Assembly (NCBI GenBank): GCA_965203965.1
Contig: CBDBDR010000017.1
Location: 832,001-896,000, forward strand
DNA length: 64,000 bases
DNA from: Thermodesulfobacteriota bacterium
GTDB taxonomy: Bacteria > Desulfobacterota_D > UBA1144 > Nemesobacterales > JAJCZQ01
Reading direction: 5' to 3'
The first letter of the stretch is position 1, and the number at the start of each line of letters is the position of its first letter. The notes under the pieces were generated by a model, which saw only the letters and a program-made list of their open reading frames with translations, was not told the DNA's origin and did not search any database. Shown here piece after piece: positions 20,759 to 31,926 of the stretch. Both the position numbers and the translations under genes were made by a program.

Positions 20759-21775
20759 TCATTGTTGTCCCACTCTGTAAAACCTCGCCAATTTGTCCGC
20801 TGCATGAAAGGGGCTGAGTTTCCCATCCATCACGTCTCTTTCCATTCTATCAATAAACTTACGGACGCCATCATGTTTATAAAAATTGTCTTTCAACATT
20901 TCTACAACCGTTTCGTGCATATGGTAGCTTGCCTGCTTTCGCCTGTTTTTCGCAAAATAACCTGAAGCAACGATCAACTCAAAATATTTCTCTATCACAC
21001 TCCAAACCACATCAATACCTTTTTTTTCCAAGGATGAACACGTTAGCACACGAGGCTTCCAACCCGAATCGGGAAGAGGGAACAGTTTCAGGGCGCTTTC
21101 AATCTCTTTCTTTGCCAATTCCGCTCCATGCACATTTGCACCATCAGATTTATTTACTACAACCGCATCGGCAAATTCCATTATTCCCCTCTTTATACCC
21201 TGCAGCTCATCACCGGCACCGGCAAGGTGAAGCAAGAGGAAAAAATCCACAATGGAATTGACAGCAATCTCGGACTGACCCACTCCGACAGTTTCAACGA
21301 CCACTACATCAAACCCGGCAGCTTCACATAAGATAATTGTTTCTCTCATTCTGGATGTAACACCGCCCGGAAAACCCGATGAGGGTGAAGACCTCACGTA
21401 TGCACGAGAATTTTTTGAAAGATTTGTCATCCTAACCTTATCGCCGAGAATGCTACCTTTTGTTGTTTGACTTGAGGGATCAACCGTAAGAACTGCCACT
21501 TTCTTGCCAAACTCATCGGTCAAATACGTGCCAAATGTGTCAATGAACGTGCTTTTACCAACTCCAGGGACTCCTGATACTCCTATTCTTATGGAGTCAC
21601 CTGCGTTGGTAAGACATTTTTCAATAATCTGCTGTGCTAAGTCAATATCCTCCTTTAATGCACTTTCAATAACCGTTATGGCTTTGCTGAGAATCGCAAT
21701 ATCAGAATCCAGTATTCCGGCAACGTATTGGTTGACAGTTAATGAGCTTTTTCTTCTTTTAGCACCGTTGACCAT
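20759..21775 (-). CDS. meaB: Methylmalonyl-CoA mutase GTPase chaperone MeaB
   Basis: GVPGVGKST, VDPSS..TKGSILGDK, ETVGVGQSE, GDELQGIKRG; adjacent to the mutase genes. Confidence 0.95.
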   Translation of the reverse strand: MVNGAKRRKSSLTVNQYVAGILDSDIAILSKAITVIESALKEDIDLAQQIIEKCLTNAGDSIRIGVSGVPGVGKSTFIDTFGTYLTDEFGKKVAVLTVDPSSQTTKGSILGDKVRMTNLSKNSRAYVRSSPSSGFPGGVTSRMRETIILCEAAGFDVVVVETVGVGQSEIAVNSIVDFFLLLHLAGAGDELQGIKRGIMEFADAVVVNKSDGANVHGAELAKKEIESALKLFPLPDSGWKPRVLTCSSLEKKGIDVVWSVIEKYFELIVASGYFAKNRRKQASYHMHETVVEMLKDNFYKHDGVRKFIDRMERDVMDGKLSPFHAADKLARFYRVGQQ

Positions 21776-21801
21776 TATTCAAGTTATAAATGCGGAGAAG
21801 T

Positions 21802-23955
21802 TCAGACGACTCTGCCAATTAAAAGATCAAGAATTTTTTCTGCAGCATGGGAAATAACGGTTCCCGGTCCAAATATCTCAGATACTCCAGCTTTGTATAA
21901 AAATTCATGGTCTTTCTTCGGAATGATACCACCTACTACTATCACTATATCACCGCTATCCAACTCTTTTAACTCATCTATTAACTTTGGAACGAGTGTT
22001 TTGTGTCCACCGGCAAGACTGGAAACACCCAGTATATGAACGTCACTTTCCACTGCTTGCCTAGCAGCCTCGGCAGGGGTTTGAAAAAGAGTGCCTATAT
22101 CAACGTCAAATCCAAGATCAGCAAAACTGGTTGCAATTACCTTCGCTCCTCTGTCGTGGCCATCTTGTCCCATTTTTACAACAAGTATCCTGGGTCTCCT
22201 TCCGTCAAGCTCTGCAAATTTGTCCGCCAGTAATCTTGCCTTTTTAAAATCAAGATTTCCCTTCATCTCCAAAGAATATACACTGGAAATTGCCCTTGTA
22301 ACTGCCTCATAGCGTCCGCATACTTTCTCACAGGCATAGGATATTTCACCCAGAGTTGCTCTCCGCCTTGCAGCTTCAACCGCAAGCTCAAGCAGATTAC
22401 CCTCACCTGACTCCGCACACCTTTTTATTCTGTCAAGGGACGCTTCAACTGCTTTATTGTCCCTTTTTTTCTTGATGTTTTTTATACGCTCAATCTGGAT
22501 CTGTTTGACTTCACTATTATCTATTTCAAGTATATCTATATTGACGCCCTGATCGGCTTTATACTTGTTCACACCAACAATTACATCTTTTCCCAAATCA
22601 ATTCTTGCCTGCTTTCTAGCTGCGGCTTCCTCTATTCTCATCTTTGGAAGTCCAGCTTCAATTGCCCTTGTCATTCCTCCCAACTGTTCAACCTCTTCAA
22701 TCAAATCCCATGCCTTTTTCGCTATACGGTCAGTGAGATACTCAACGTAATAAGAACCAGCAAGAGGATCAACGGATCTGCAGACGTCTGTCTCTTCTTG
22801 GATATAAATTTGCGTGTTTCTTGCTATTCTTGCTGAAAAATCCGTAGGCAGGGCAATAGCTTCATCAAGTGCATTGGTATGAAGTGACTGGGTACCTCCG
22901 AGAACGGCAGCCATTGCTTCTACACAGGTTCTGACAATATTGTTGAACGGGTCATATTCCGTGAGGCTCCACCCGGACGTTTGGCAATGTGTTCTCAAAG
23001 CCAATGATTTTGGATTTTTTGGTTTAAACTGATTTACAATTTTTGCCCATAGCATTCTACCTGCTCTCATTTTGGCAACTTCCATAAAATGATTCATCCC
23101 AATTCCCCAAAAAAATGATATTCGTGGAGCAAAATTATCAACGTTCAACCCAGCTTTCACTCCTGCACGTATATATTCAAGTCCATCAGCAAGCGTATAG
23201 GCAAGTTCAATATCAGCAGTTGCGCCGGCTTCTTGCAGATGATACCCGCTGACGCTGATAGAGTTGAACTTGGGCATCCAACGTGAAGTGTATTGAAAAA
23301 TATCTGCAATTATTCTCATTGAAAATTCAGGCGGATAAATATATGTGTTCCTAACCATGAATTCCTTGAGAATATCGTTTTGAATAGTGCCACTCAATTT
23401 TGCCGTTTCCACTCCCTGCTCTTCTGCTGCAACAATATAAAAAGCCATGATGGGTAAAACGGCACCGTTCATGGTCATCGAGACAGACATTTCATCAAGC
23501 GGTATCTGGTCAAAAAGTATTTTCATATCCTCAACGGAATCAATCGCCACTCCTGCCTTACCAACATCCCCTGATACTCTTTCATGATCGGAGTCGTAAC
23601 CCCTGTGAGTTGCAAGGTCAAATGCAATTGAAAGTCCTTTCTGTCCCGAGGCAAGGTTGCGCCTGTAAAATGAGTTGGACTCTTCAGCAGTGGAAAAACC
23701 TGCATATTGCCTGATTGTCCACGGCCGTGTCACATACATAGTTGAGTATGGACCTCTTAAGTATGGAGGTATTCCAGCAGCGTAATTCACGTGATCCAAA
23801 TCTTTTATATCTTCTTTTGTATAAACCTGTTTCAATGCAATATTTTCTGCCGTCAGCCAGTTTTCATGGGCAGAATTGGCATCTGGTTTTCCGCTTGACG
23901 ATCCTCGGGACTTTATACGGGATTTTATATCAATATCTGAAAAATCTGGTCTCAT
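21802..23955 (-). CDS. scpA: Methylmalonyl-CoA mutase, large catalytic B12-binding subunit
   Basis: [37 protein letters not shown]. Confidence 0.97.
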   Translation of the reverse strand: MRPDFSDIDIKSRIKSRGSSSGKPDANSAHENWLTAENIALKQVYTKEDIKDLDHVNYAAGIPPYLRGPYSTMYVTRPWTIRQYAGFSTAEESNSFYRRNLASGQKGLSIAFDLATHRGYDSDHERVSGDVGKAGVAIDSVEDMKILFDQIPLDEMSVSMTMNGAVLPIMAFYIVAAEEQGVETAKLSGTIQNDILKEFMVRNTYIYPPEFSMRIIADIFQYTSRWMPKFNSISVSGYHLQEAGATADIELAYTLADGLEYIRAGVKAGLNVDNFAPRISFFWGIGMNHFMEVAKMRAGRMLWAKIVNQFKPKNPKSLALRTHCQTSGWSLTEYDPFNNIVRTCVEAMAAVLGGTQSLHTNALDEAIALPTDFSARIARNTQIYIQEETDVCRSVDPLAGSYYVEYLTDRIAKKAWDLIEEVEQLGGMTRAIEAGLPKMRIEEAAARKQARIDLGKDVIVGVNKYKADQGVNIDILEIDNSEVKQIQIERIKNIKKKRDNKAVEASLDRIKRCAESGEGNLLELAVEAARRRATLGEISYACEKVCGRYEAVTRAISSVYSLEMKGNLDFKKARLLADKFAELDGRRPRILVVKMGQDGHDRGAKVIATSFADLGFDVDIGTLFQTPAEAARQAVESDVHILGVSSLAGGHKTLVPKLIDELKELDSGDIVIVVGGIIPKKDHEFLYKAGVSEIFGPGTVISHAAEKILDLLIGRVV

Positions 23956-23958
23956 AAC

Positions 23959-25878
23959 TCAATCTATACCGAGCTTCCGGTGGTATTTTGAAAGCACGGA
24001 GTATAACCCGGACTTTGAGTGAATGAAATCATCAACACCCAATTTTTCTAACTCTTCTGCAACGTCCTTGGGATAACCGGCAATAACAACAATGGTTTTC
24101 GGTTTAGCACTCTTTATCTTTTTCACTGCACTACTCGCAGTTTTTGCATAATCTTCATCGTCACTGCACATCACAACGATCTCGGCATTACTATTTATTG
24201 CTTCATTTGCTCCTGCTTCAATACTGTCAAATCCCACACTGTCTATGATCTTGTAACCTGCACAGCCAAAAAAATTTGCCGTGAACACGGCACGTGCACT
24301 CCTTGTGGCAGGATCTCCTGCTTTGAGTAAAAACACCCTTGGAGACTTACCAAACTTTTCTCTAAACTTCTCCGTTCTGATCCTAATATCTTCATATATC
24401 TTTGCTAAATTAAGTTTTCTCAGTTGCTCAACTTTCCAGCCGTTCGTCACTTTATTTTTCGTGGTTTCACTAACGCATGTTAATAGCTCCCCTGAATTAC
24501 TCAGATGATCTATTATTTTCTCATCTAAATTTGGAGATTGGCTAGTGCCCACAATACGGCTTGCTCCCGATCTTATACTATCTATCTTTGAACTCCCTGA
24601 CTGACTTACCTGATCCTGAATATACGAACTTTCCACGCAATCTGTGAATCCCCCCATTTTTTCAACATTCTGAAACAAATCAAGTGCCTCACTGGCTATA
24701 AGGTCAGTCAACTTCTCAATATAGTAAGAACCGGAAACAGGATCCATAACTTTGTGCAGATAGGCTTCTTCCTTCAATATTAATTGTGTGTTCCGAGCCA
24801 GTCTGGCTGAATGATCTTTTCCGGTATTATACCTTCCATCAAAAGGAAAAACGCAAAGCGAGTCGCAGCCTCCCAGGATCGCCGCCATTGATTCCACAGT
24901 TCCCCTCAAAACATTCACGTATGGATCATAAAGGGTCTTATTTCTATGGGAAGTAATACAGTGAAGACTCATTTTACAGGAAGAGATATTCTGAGGATTA
25001 AACTTTTCCACTATCTTCGCCCACAAAATCCTAGCAGCTCTCAGTTTTGCGATTTCCATAAAATAGCTTGAACCAACAGAAAATATGAAAACCATCTTAT
25101 CCGAGATCATATCCACGTCTAGCCCTTTATCTTTCAGCTTTACCAGGTATTCACATCCTGCAGACAGTGAAAAAGCAAGCTCCTGAACTATATTTGCCCC
25201 TGCATCGGAAAAACTTTCACCATTAACAGCTAATGTTTTATAATGTGGTGCTTCCCTATCAGCACAAATGATGAGATCCCTGACTTTCTGGAAACAATCA
25301 TCACTTTTGAAAGGCAAAAAACCATCCGATAGCAGATCATTTAAAGGACTGTAATACGAAGAGCCGTATAATTCTAAAAGATTTATATTTCTCTTTTGAG
25401 ATTCTTTGATCAACAGATTGAACAGCTTCATAAAATCCGTTCCAGACTTAAAATTCAACTTCGTCTCATGCAGAGGTATATCTCTCAGCAATTCAGACAT
25501 TTCATCTGCGGAATTTACTGACACTCCGGAAAAAGTCAGCGAATTTACCCCATTTGCCAATGCCTCTCTGGCTACCCTATTGGAATTTTCAACGTCTTTT
25601 CCGCTTATCTCTTGGCATATATCCCATCTATATCTGCCTGTATTGTTTCCCCTGGCAAATGGAAATTCTCCCGGTAGTGGGTCAGTCAAATATGAAAGAC
25701 TATCAATATCTTCCAACGTATAAAATGGACAGATGTCAAACCCCTCATCCGTTTTCCAAGTCAACGGGGTGGTATGTTTAGTGTCCCTCTCAACCCGTCT
25801 GCTCCATTCCTCGGGAGTTGTGGAAGGAAATTCTTCAAATAAACCAACTTCTTTTTTTGGAACTGTTTTATTTTTCAA
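23959..25878 (-). CDS. mutA: Methylmalonyl-CoA mutase small subunit
   Basis: PGEFPFARG, YFMEIAKLRAAR, DPYVNVLR, RLARNTQLILKEE; lacks DxHxxG. Confidence 0.9.
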   Translation of the reverse strand: MKNKTVPKKEVGLFEEFPSTTPEEWSRRVERDTKHTTPLTWKTDEGFDICPFYTLEDIDSLSYLTDPLPGEFPFARGNNTGRYRWDICQEISGKDVENSNRVAREALANGVNSLTFSGVSVNSADEMSELLRDIPLHETKLNFKSGTDFMKLFNLLIKESQKRNINLLELYGSSYYSPLNDLLSDGFLPFKSDDCFQKVRDLIICADREAPHYKTLAVNGESFSDAGANIVQELAFSLSAGCEYLVKLKDKGLDVDMISDKMVFIFSVGSSYFMEIAKLRAARILWAKIVEKFNPQNISSCKMSLHCITSHRNKTLYDPYVNVLRGTVESMAAILGGCDSLCVFPFDGRYNTGKDHSARLARNTQLILKEEAYLHKVMDPVSGSYYIEKLTDLIASEALDLFQNVEKMGGFTDCVESSYIQDQVSQSGSSKIDSIRSGASRIVGTSQSPNLDEKIIDHLSNSGELLTCVSETTKNKVTNGWKVEQLRKLNLAKIYEDIRIRTEKFREKFGKSPRVFLLKAGDPATRSARAVFTANFFGCAGYKIIDSVGFDSIEAGANEAINSNAEIVVMCSDDEDYAKTASSAVKKIKSAKPKTIVVIAGYPKDVAEELEKLGVDDFIHSKSGLYSVLSKYHRKLGID

Positions 25879-26129
25879 TCTCAGCCCTCAAAAATGCAGA
25901 AATAGTATGATACACGTTAAGATATTATGAATAAAGTAAAGCAGTATAGCGTGAAGAGTTTTTATATTCGTCCTATGAATATGTGCCTGTTCTAAACTCT
26001 CTTCACTATTTATCAGAAAAAATAAATTAAAATATGTATTCTTGACAAGGCAGGTCTATAATGGTAGTTTCAAAGAGTTTTCAAGTTCTTAAATGGTAAC
26101 GTAACACAAGTAAAACTCCTGACCTTAAC

Positions 26130-28277
26130 ATGAAATCCAAAATTAACTTGCTTTTACTGATCATCGCAGCACAGGTGATTTTCACCTCTTCAACCGTATT
26201 CGGCAGTAATGACTATCAAAAACTCTTTTCTTTAATTGACTACATCGGAGGCGACTATAAATTTGCGATCAGTAAAGGCGAAGTAGTAAACGACGCGGAA
26301 TACGCGGAAATGATTGAATTTTCGGAGTCTGCCATAGCTATTGCAGGCAGACTGGAAAAATCCGACGACAGCTTAACGGAAAAGATAACTTCATTAAATA
26401 ATAAAATAAAAACCAAATCCTCCGTTCAAGATGTGCAAGATACAACTGCTGAAATAAAGAAGTATCTAATATCAGTCTTTAATATCTCAACAAGCCCTTC
26501 GGTAAAACCCAGCATGAGTAATGGCTCCATCCTGTTTGCCAAAAACTGCACGGCTTGTCACGGTGAAAGAGGCAACGGAAAGGGCGTACTTTCGGCAAAC
26601 TTCATACCTGCACCCACTAACTTTAAATCCCAAGAAATTTCACTGTCTCTCTCACCACTCAAAGTTTACAATACACTCAATTTTGGCCTTGAAGGCACCG
26701 CAATGCCAGCTTTTTCCACCTTGACGGACGAGGAAAAATGGGATGTAGCATTTTACGTTTTATCAATCAGTTTTCCCGATGAACTCCCCAGCAATATAGT
26801 AAATTCCACTATACCAGAAAATCTCAAGGATTATAAAAGACTTGCTTCACTAACAAATGAAGAGATCAGGGATGAGGTTGAAGATAATCCTCTTGCTTCA
26901 GCAAGGTTTTTAAGAAATTCTTACGACGATGATAGCAATAATAGCGATGATGAAAACGAATATATTGGTCTTACCATCGCAGGGTTAAATTCGGCATTGG
27001 AACACTATAAAAAAGGTGATCATAAAAAGGCACTTGACAGTTCAACGGAAGCTTATCTGGAAGGTTATGAACAAGTTGAATCTGAGGTTTCAGTGGCAGA
27101 CGGTAAACTGGCTCTTAAAATTGATAAAAACATGGCAAAACACAGAGCACACATAAAAAAAGGGGGTTCCGTGGACAGCTTGGAACAAATAACAAATACC
27201 ATATCTGGCGACTTGAACAAGGCTTCGGTTTTACTGTCAAATAAGAATACGTTTAGTTCGGCTGTTTTATTTACAAACTCATTTTCTATCATTTTAAGGG
27301 AAGCTCTTGAGGCAATACTTATAATTGCTGCCATTATTGCATTTTTGATAAATACCGGATCAAGAAAGTCAATAAAATACATTCACATTGGCTGGATCTG
27401 TGCCATAATTGCAGGACTACTTACATGGCTTGCCGCAAGGACGGTAATCTCCATATCAGGACTGAGTCGGGAATTGATTGAAGGGTTTACTTCTTTAATT
27501 GCAGCCGCTGTTCTGTTTTACGTCAGCTATTGGCTTATATCCAAGATAGAAGTGGAAAAATGGAAAGAGTTTATAAAAACAAAAGTGGAAACCGCACTGA
27601 ACAAAAAGAGCTTTGCAGCATTGGTCATCGTCTCGTTTCTTGCAGTTTACAGAGAGGCATTTGAGACTGTCCTGTTTTATCAAGCATTGAGCTATCAAGC
27701 GGAAGGAAACACCGCACCCTTAGTATGGGGACTAATTGCCGGCATCGCAGTTACGGGTATTTTGGGGGTTATTGTATTCAAACTCGCTATCAGTATTCCA
27801 ATAAAATATTTTTTCTCCGCCACCAGTCTTCTGCTGTATTTTCTTTGTTTTATCCTTACAGGAAAAGGAATTCATGAGTTTCAGGAAGCTGGTGTTATAG
27901 GAATGACCTTTATAAATTACATCCCACGGATTGATATAATCGGTGTCTATCCAACTCTGGAAACACTTATTCCACAATCAGTAATAGCTGCAGCGTTCAT
28001 ATTCGCATCCTTTTGGATTGCAGGCGTTTCCAGGGATAAAGAAAGAAAAGAGATCGCCGTAAATGTGTCCCACATATCGGAAGAACTTAAAACAATGTAT
28101 GAATCGTTTGACCACATAAAGGGACACATACTTGAATGGAGAAAGTGCGAGGAAATTGACCTTGAAGCAGAGGAACTTGACCACCGGATCCATGAAGTTA
28201 TAAATCACGTTGATCAATTGCAAAACAAACTCGGAGATTTTTATCAAGACGTCGCCAGACCTGTAAGAACAAATTGA
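26130..28277 (+). CDS. Cytochrome c / FTR1-family iron permease (PbrT/EfeU-like)
   Basis: DYIGGDY, heme motif CTACH, two RExxE motifs (REALE, REAFE), multiple TM helices. Confidence 0.92.
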   Translation: MKSKINLLLLIIAAQVIFTSSTVFGSNDYQKLFSLIDYIGGDYKFAISKGEVVNDAEYAEMIEFSESAIAIAGRLEKSDDSLTEKITSLNNKIKTKSSVQDVQDTTAEIKKYLISVFNISTSPSVKPSMSNGSILFAKNCTACHGERGNGKGVLSANFIPAPTNFKSQEISLSLSPLKVYNTLNFGLEGTAMPAFSTLTDEEKWDVAFYVLSISFPDELPSNIVNSTIPENLKDYKRLASLTNEEIRDEVEDNPLASARFLRNSYDDDSNNSDDENEYIGLTIAGLNSALEHYKKGDHKKALDSSTEAYLEGYEQVESEVSVADGKLALKIDKNMAKHRAHIKKGGSVDSLEQITNTISGDLNKASVLLSNKNTFSSAVLFTNSFSIILREALEAILIIAAIIAFLINTGSRKSIKYIHIGWICAIIAGLLTWLAARTVISISGLSRELIEGFTSLIAAAVLFYVSYWLISKIEVEKWKEFIKTKVETALNKKSFAALVIVSFLAVYREAFETVLFYQALSYQAEGNTAPLVWGLIAGIAVTGILGVIVFKLAISIPIKYFFSATSLLLYFLCFILTGKGIHEFQEAGVIGMTFINYIPRIDIIGVYPTLETLIPQSVIAAAFIFASFWIAGVSRDKERKEIAVNVSHISEELKTMYESFDHIKGHILEWRKCEEIDLEAEELDHRIHEVINHVDQLQNKLGDFYQDVARPVRTN

Positions 28278-28315
28278 TTTGTAACCTTCCGTCATAACAA
28301 TTAATATAAAAATCC

Positions 28316-28990
28316 GTGAAAGAAAAGGTGGTTATAATACTCTCGGGGGGAATGGACAGTTCAACTCTTTGCTACAAATATGTGAAAGATGATTTTGATG
28401 TTTACTGCCTGACGATAATATATGGTCAGAGACATGTCAGGGAAATAGATTCCGCAAGCAAAATCGCAAAAACTCTTGGAGTCAACCACAAGATTATTGA
28501 CCTCTCCCCTTTGAAACAGCTTCTATCAGGTTCGGCATTGACCGATCCTTCCGTGAACATTCCCAGAGTCCCCGAAAGAACTGATTATTTTAACACGCTC
28601 AGATCAACAATTGTTCCCAACAGAAATGCGATCTTTCTGTCAATGGCAACAGGATATGCTCAAAGTATCGGTGTCGATAAAGTCTGCTTCGGGGCACACC
28701 ATTCAGACAGGGGAGTTTATCCAGATTGCAGACGGGAATTTGTTGAGACTTTTGAAACTGCTGAAAAATTGGCAAATGACAATCCAAATTTAAAAATAGA
28801 AGCTCCCTTTGTAAATATGGAAAAATCGAAAATTGTAGAGTTGGGATTTAAACTGGGAGTTCCTTTTGAATCAACTTGGACGTGCTATGAGGGGGGTAGT
28901 CTTCACTGCGGCACTTGCAGCGCATGCAACGAGAGAAAAAAGGCATTCAGAGAATCCGGCGTAAAAGACCCCACTCAATACCAGAATTAA
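28316..28990 (+). CDS. queC: 7-cyano-7-deazaguanine synthase
   Basis: SGGMDS, YGQRH, VPNRN, YPDCR, TWTCY..HCGTCSAC. Confidence 0.97.
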   Translation: MKEKVVIILSGGMDSSTLCYKYVKDDFDVYCLTIIYGQRHVREIDSASKIAKTLGVNHKIIDLSPLKQLLSGSALTDPSVNIPRVPERTDYFNTLRSTIVPNRNAIFLSMATGYAQSIGVDKVCFGAHHSDRGVYPDCRREFVETFETAEKLANDNPNLKIEAPFVNMEKSKIVELGFKLGVPFESTWTCYEGGSLHCGTCSACNERKKAFRESGVKDPTQYQN

Positions 28991-28993
28991 AAT

Positions 28994-29635
28994 ATGAAGG
29001 TTAATGAAATTTTCTATTCAATTCAGGGTGAAGGACTGCAAATTGGGCAACCTACCGTTTTTCTGAGACTTTTTGCCTGCGACCTGAGATGTAGTTGGTG
29101 TGACACAATGTATGCCGTTAAAGGCAATGATTACAGAGAAATGTCCAATGAAAAAATCTTTACAGAAATAGGGAAATATAATTGCAAACGGGTCTGCATC
29201 ACCGGAGGAGAACCTCTTATACAAAAGAAAGAGCTTATACCCTTTACCAGTAAACTGATCGAAGATGGATATTTTATTGTACTTGAAACCAGTGGACACA
29301 AAGAGCCTCCAGAAATATTTCAAGATAAATCCTGCTTGATCAGCATGGACTGTAAATGCCCGAGTTCAAGAATGGAAAACCGCATGAATTTCAGTTTATT
29401 TGAAAAATTGACATCAAAGGACCAGCTTAAATTTGTTATACAGGATGAGGAAGATTACTCGTATGCAAGGAGCATACTAAAAAAATATGAAGTAAAAGCC
29501 TCAATAATATTTCAACCCATTCACGGAAAGAGCCTTCACTGGCTCACGGAAAAAATTCTCGAGGATAAGTTGAACTTTATCAGAGTGCTGCCCCAGTTGC
29601 ATAAAATAGTGTGGGGGAAGAAAAGAGGTGTTTAA
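28994..29635 (+). CDS. queE: 7-carboxy-7-deazaguanine synthase (radical SAM)
   Basis: EIFYSIQGEG, CDLRCSWCDT, ITGGEP, PQLHK. Confidence 0.95.
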   Translation: MKVNEIFYSIQGEGLQIGQPTVFLRLFACDLRCSWCDTMYAVKGNDYREMSNEKIFTEIGKYNCKRVCITGGEPLIQKKELIPFTSKLIEDGYFIVLETSGHKEPPEIFQDKSCLISMDCKCPSSRMENRMNFSLFEKLTSKDQLKFVIQDEEDYSYARSILKKYEVKASIIFQPIHGKSLHWLTEKILEDKLNFIRVLPQLHKIVWGKKRGV

Positions 29636-29764
29636 GAATAAACCCCATCAATTCAATCTGGTTATATAAATTGATGGGTCCAGTTAGAAAATTAAATGTT
29701 TGCTTATATATTGTATAACAGTTTATAATTAAGTTTGTTAAACAGATTTTAGGGAGACGACACA

Positions 29765-30628
29765 ATGAGGAACAAAAAGGAAACATACAATTATGAACCT
29801 TTTGCCGATACAGATGATTACAAAAAAGTCAACGGGGATATAATAACAAGTTGGGTTCAACTTATGGTTGATAAAGGTGTGGGAAAAATTGAGAAGATAC
29901 TGGACGTAGCAACTGGCGCCGGAACGATGGTGCAGATTTTCTTTTCTTGTTTACCTTCACAATGGAAAAAATCATTGGTAATGTGCTTAGATCAATCTTC
30001 AGAGGCACTGAAAGTAGCCCAATCCAAACTTGAAAACCAGGTAGAAAGTCTCAAATTCATTAACTCTCCAATTGAAGAACTGGATCTGGCTAATAATAGT
30101 ATTGACATTGCTATATGGGGAAATGGTATCCATTATTTAACGGAAGAATCACAGATCAAAAGCCTTAAAAAGATAAAAAAAACTTTGAAGCCTGGGGGTT
30201 GGTTATTTTTTAACACTGCCTTTTATGAGGAAGCAAGGCCCGCGGAAACAATTCCATTTTACAGGACGCAGGTAAAAAACGCGGTTCTTATGTTAAGAGA
30301 AAAAGGCATTAAGCGTGGAACAAAGGAAAATAAGGCCGAAGCGGCAAAGTTTCATCCTAAATCATACTATGAAGAGTTGGTGAGTAAAGCGGGGCTCAAT
30401 CTGGTAAAAGCTCAGGAGTTTGCCGGCAATCTTACACAGAATGCATGGGAGCATATAAGTGGATTTCAGCAATATGCAGCGGGTGCGCTACATGGTTATC
30501 CAGCCGACGATGCTTCTGACGCAATGAAAACCGCAGTCGCACCATCCATATTGCTACATGGGGAGAAAGATAAGGATGGAAAGTTGTTTGTTATTAGAAA
30601 CTGGCTTGCGGTAAGTGCACGGGCTTAA
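29765..30628 (+). CDS. Class I SAM-dependent methyltransferase
   Basis: ILDVATGAG, CLDQS, LKPGGWL. Confidence 0.85.
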   Translation: MRNKKETYNYEPFADTDDYKKVNGDIITSWVQLMVDKGVGKIEKILDVATGAGTMVQIFFSCLPSQWKKSLVMCLDQSSEALKVAQSKLENQVESLKFINSPIEELDLANNSIDIAIWGNGIHYLTEESQIKSLKKIKKTLKPGGWLFFNTAFYEEARPAETIPFYRTQVKNAVLMLREKGIKRGTKENKAEAAKFHPKSYYEELVSKAGLNLVKAQEFAGNLTQNAWEHISGFQQYAAGALHGYPADDASDAMKTAVAPSILLHGEKDKDGKLFVIRNWLAVSARA

Positions 30629-30731
30629 AAGCGGGTTTTGCCAATAGAGTAAGGTGATGATTTAACAATTACCTCAAACATCACCTATCAAATAAGGTGA
30701 CACCACTCGACTGATCAGAAACGATTGCAAT

Positions 30732-31067
30732 CTATCCTCGCATCTTACATCTGTCGCAGGAGCAGTTATTTCTTAAAAGAACAAAAGTGTATATACCGGT
30801 ATTATGCCCGTCACTCCAGTAAAATCTTATTGCATAGTGGCCCACTTTTTCAATCTTCAGGGGTCGTATGGGTACTTCTCTCTTAAAAGACGGTCTGGTG
30901 CTACCTGTTGTATTATTTCTACTTTTATTTTTTACCTTGCTGCAACCTGCACATGGACACAGACTCCTTAGATCTTCATATAGATATATACTTTCGTGTC
31001 TATCTTGCCAAAGAATATGAAGAGCAGTATCGCTGAATTCGGTCAATTCTTTGATCTTATATTGCAT
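30732..31067 (-). CDS. DUF971 (GBBH N-terminal-like) protein
   Basis: LRSLCPCAGC, VGHYAIRFYWSDGHNTGIYTF. Confidence 0.9.
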   Translation of the reverse strand: MQYKIKELTEFSDTALHILWQDRHESIYLYEDLRSLCPCAGCSKVKNKSRNNTTGSTRPSFKREVPIRPLKIEKVGHYAIRFYWSDGHNTGIYTFVLLRNNCSCDRCKMRG

Positions 31068-31149
31068 GACACCTCACCTTATAGAATACCGTTTCTGGTT
31101 AAACAGTTTTATTGATAATAAAACACCAAGATAGTATAATCAAACCTCA

Positions 31150-31908
31150 ATGAAACAAGAATATGAAGCAGTCTCTGCCGTCATAAGTTCTATAAGTTCT
31201 TCATCCAACATAGTATTTCTCACGGGGTCGGAATTCCTTTTTGATTCGAGTATACCCGACGTTACAGATATGGGCTTCAGCCCCGATATAAGAAAATTCA
31301 AAAACAGCACTGAAGTCAGACAGAAATACTGGAAAAAACTCAAGGAATATTACCCATTGATTTCTTCTGCTGCACCGACACCAACCCATGAAGCAATTTA
31401 TGAATTAAGCCTACTTTCAAATGTGAGTTGTATAATCACGGAAAACGGAGATGGGCTTCACCAAAAAGCTGGCAATAGCAACGTAATTGAAATTCACTCC
31501 AACATTCACTGGGCGACCTGTCCAGAATGTGGTAAAGATCAACCAATGACAGAGGCGCTTGACCAACTTGAAAAGGGAAAAGAGATTCCAACGTGTACAA
31601 TCTGCAACAATGACCTGATCAAGCCACCCATATCATTTCCAGGACAACCTTTTCCACACTGGGAAATGAGGGAAGCATGGATCAGACTCCAGAACTGCGA
31701 CTTGCTGATCATAGTAGGAGTCAATCTGGAAAATGAACCAGTGGCATCCTTTCCATTTCAGGTAATGAACAAAGGAAATAAAGTTGTAATAATCGGTGAG
31801 ATGGAAACACCTGCTGATGAATACGTAACCATTGTTATATATGGGAAACCAAATCAAGTTATGCCTTACATATCAAAAGAACTAAAAAAGCAAATACCTA
31901 TTTCATAA
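31150..31908 (+). CDS. Sir2/CobB-like protein with degenerate NAD-binding motifs
   Basis: ITENGDGLHQKAG, IEIHSN, CPEC/CTIC zinc site, IKPPI.FPG, DLLIIVG. Confidence 0.85.
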   Translation: MKQEYEAVSAVISSISSSSNIVFLTGSEFLFDSSIPDVTDMGFSPDIRKFKNSTEVRQKYWKKLKEYYPLISSAAPTPTHEAIYELSLLSNVSCIITENGDGLHQKAGNSNVIEIHSNIHWATCPECGKDQPMTEALDQLEKGKEIPTCTICNNDLIKPPISFPGQPFPHWEMREAWIRLQNCDLLIIVGVNLENEPVASFPFQVMNKGNKVVIIGEMETPADEYVTIVIYGKPNQVMPYISKELKKQIPIS

Positions 31909-31926
31909 GATTATCTCCGTATAGTA

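Noticed and set aside
26042..26062. TTGACA...TATAAT as a perfect promoter, or a Fur box, before the iron permease
   Set aside because: Spacer is only 9 nt (TAGTTT at 17 nt is the more plausible -10), and no convincing GATAATGATAATCATTATC-like box was seen
29643..29679. Inverted repeats after queE and at about 30652-30686 as mobile-element ends
   Set aside because: Short isolated hairpins at gene ends, best explained as terminator or stabiliser structures
28316..30628. Dpd-type 7-deazaguanine DNA modification or QatABCD defence system
   Set aside because: queC and queE look canonical; no dpdA/tgt paralog, TatD or ATPase nearby
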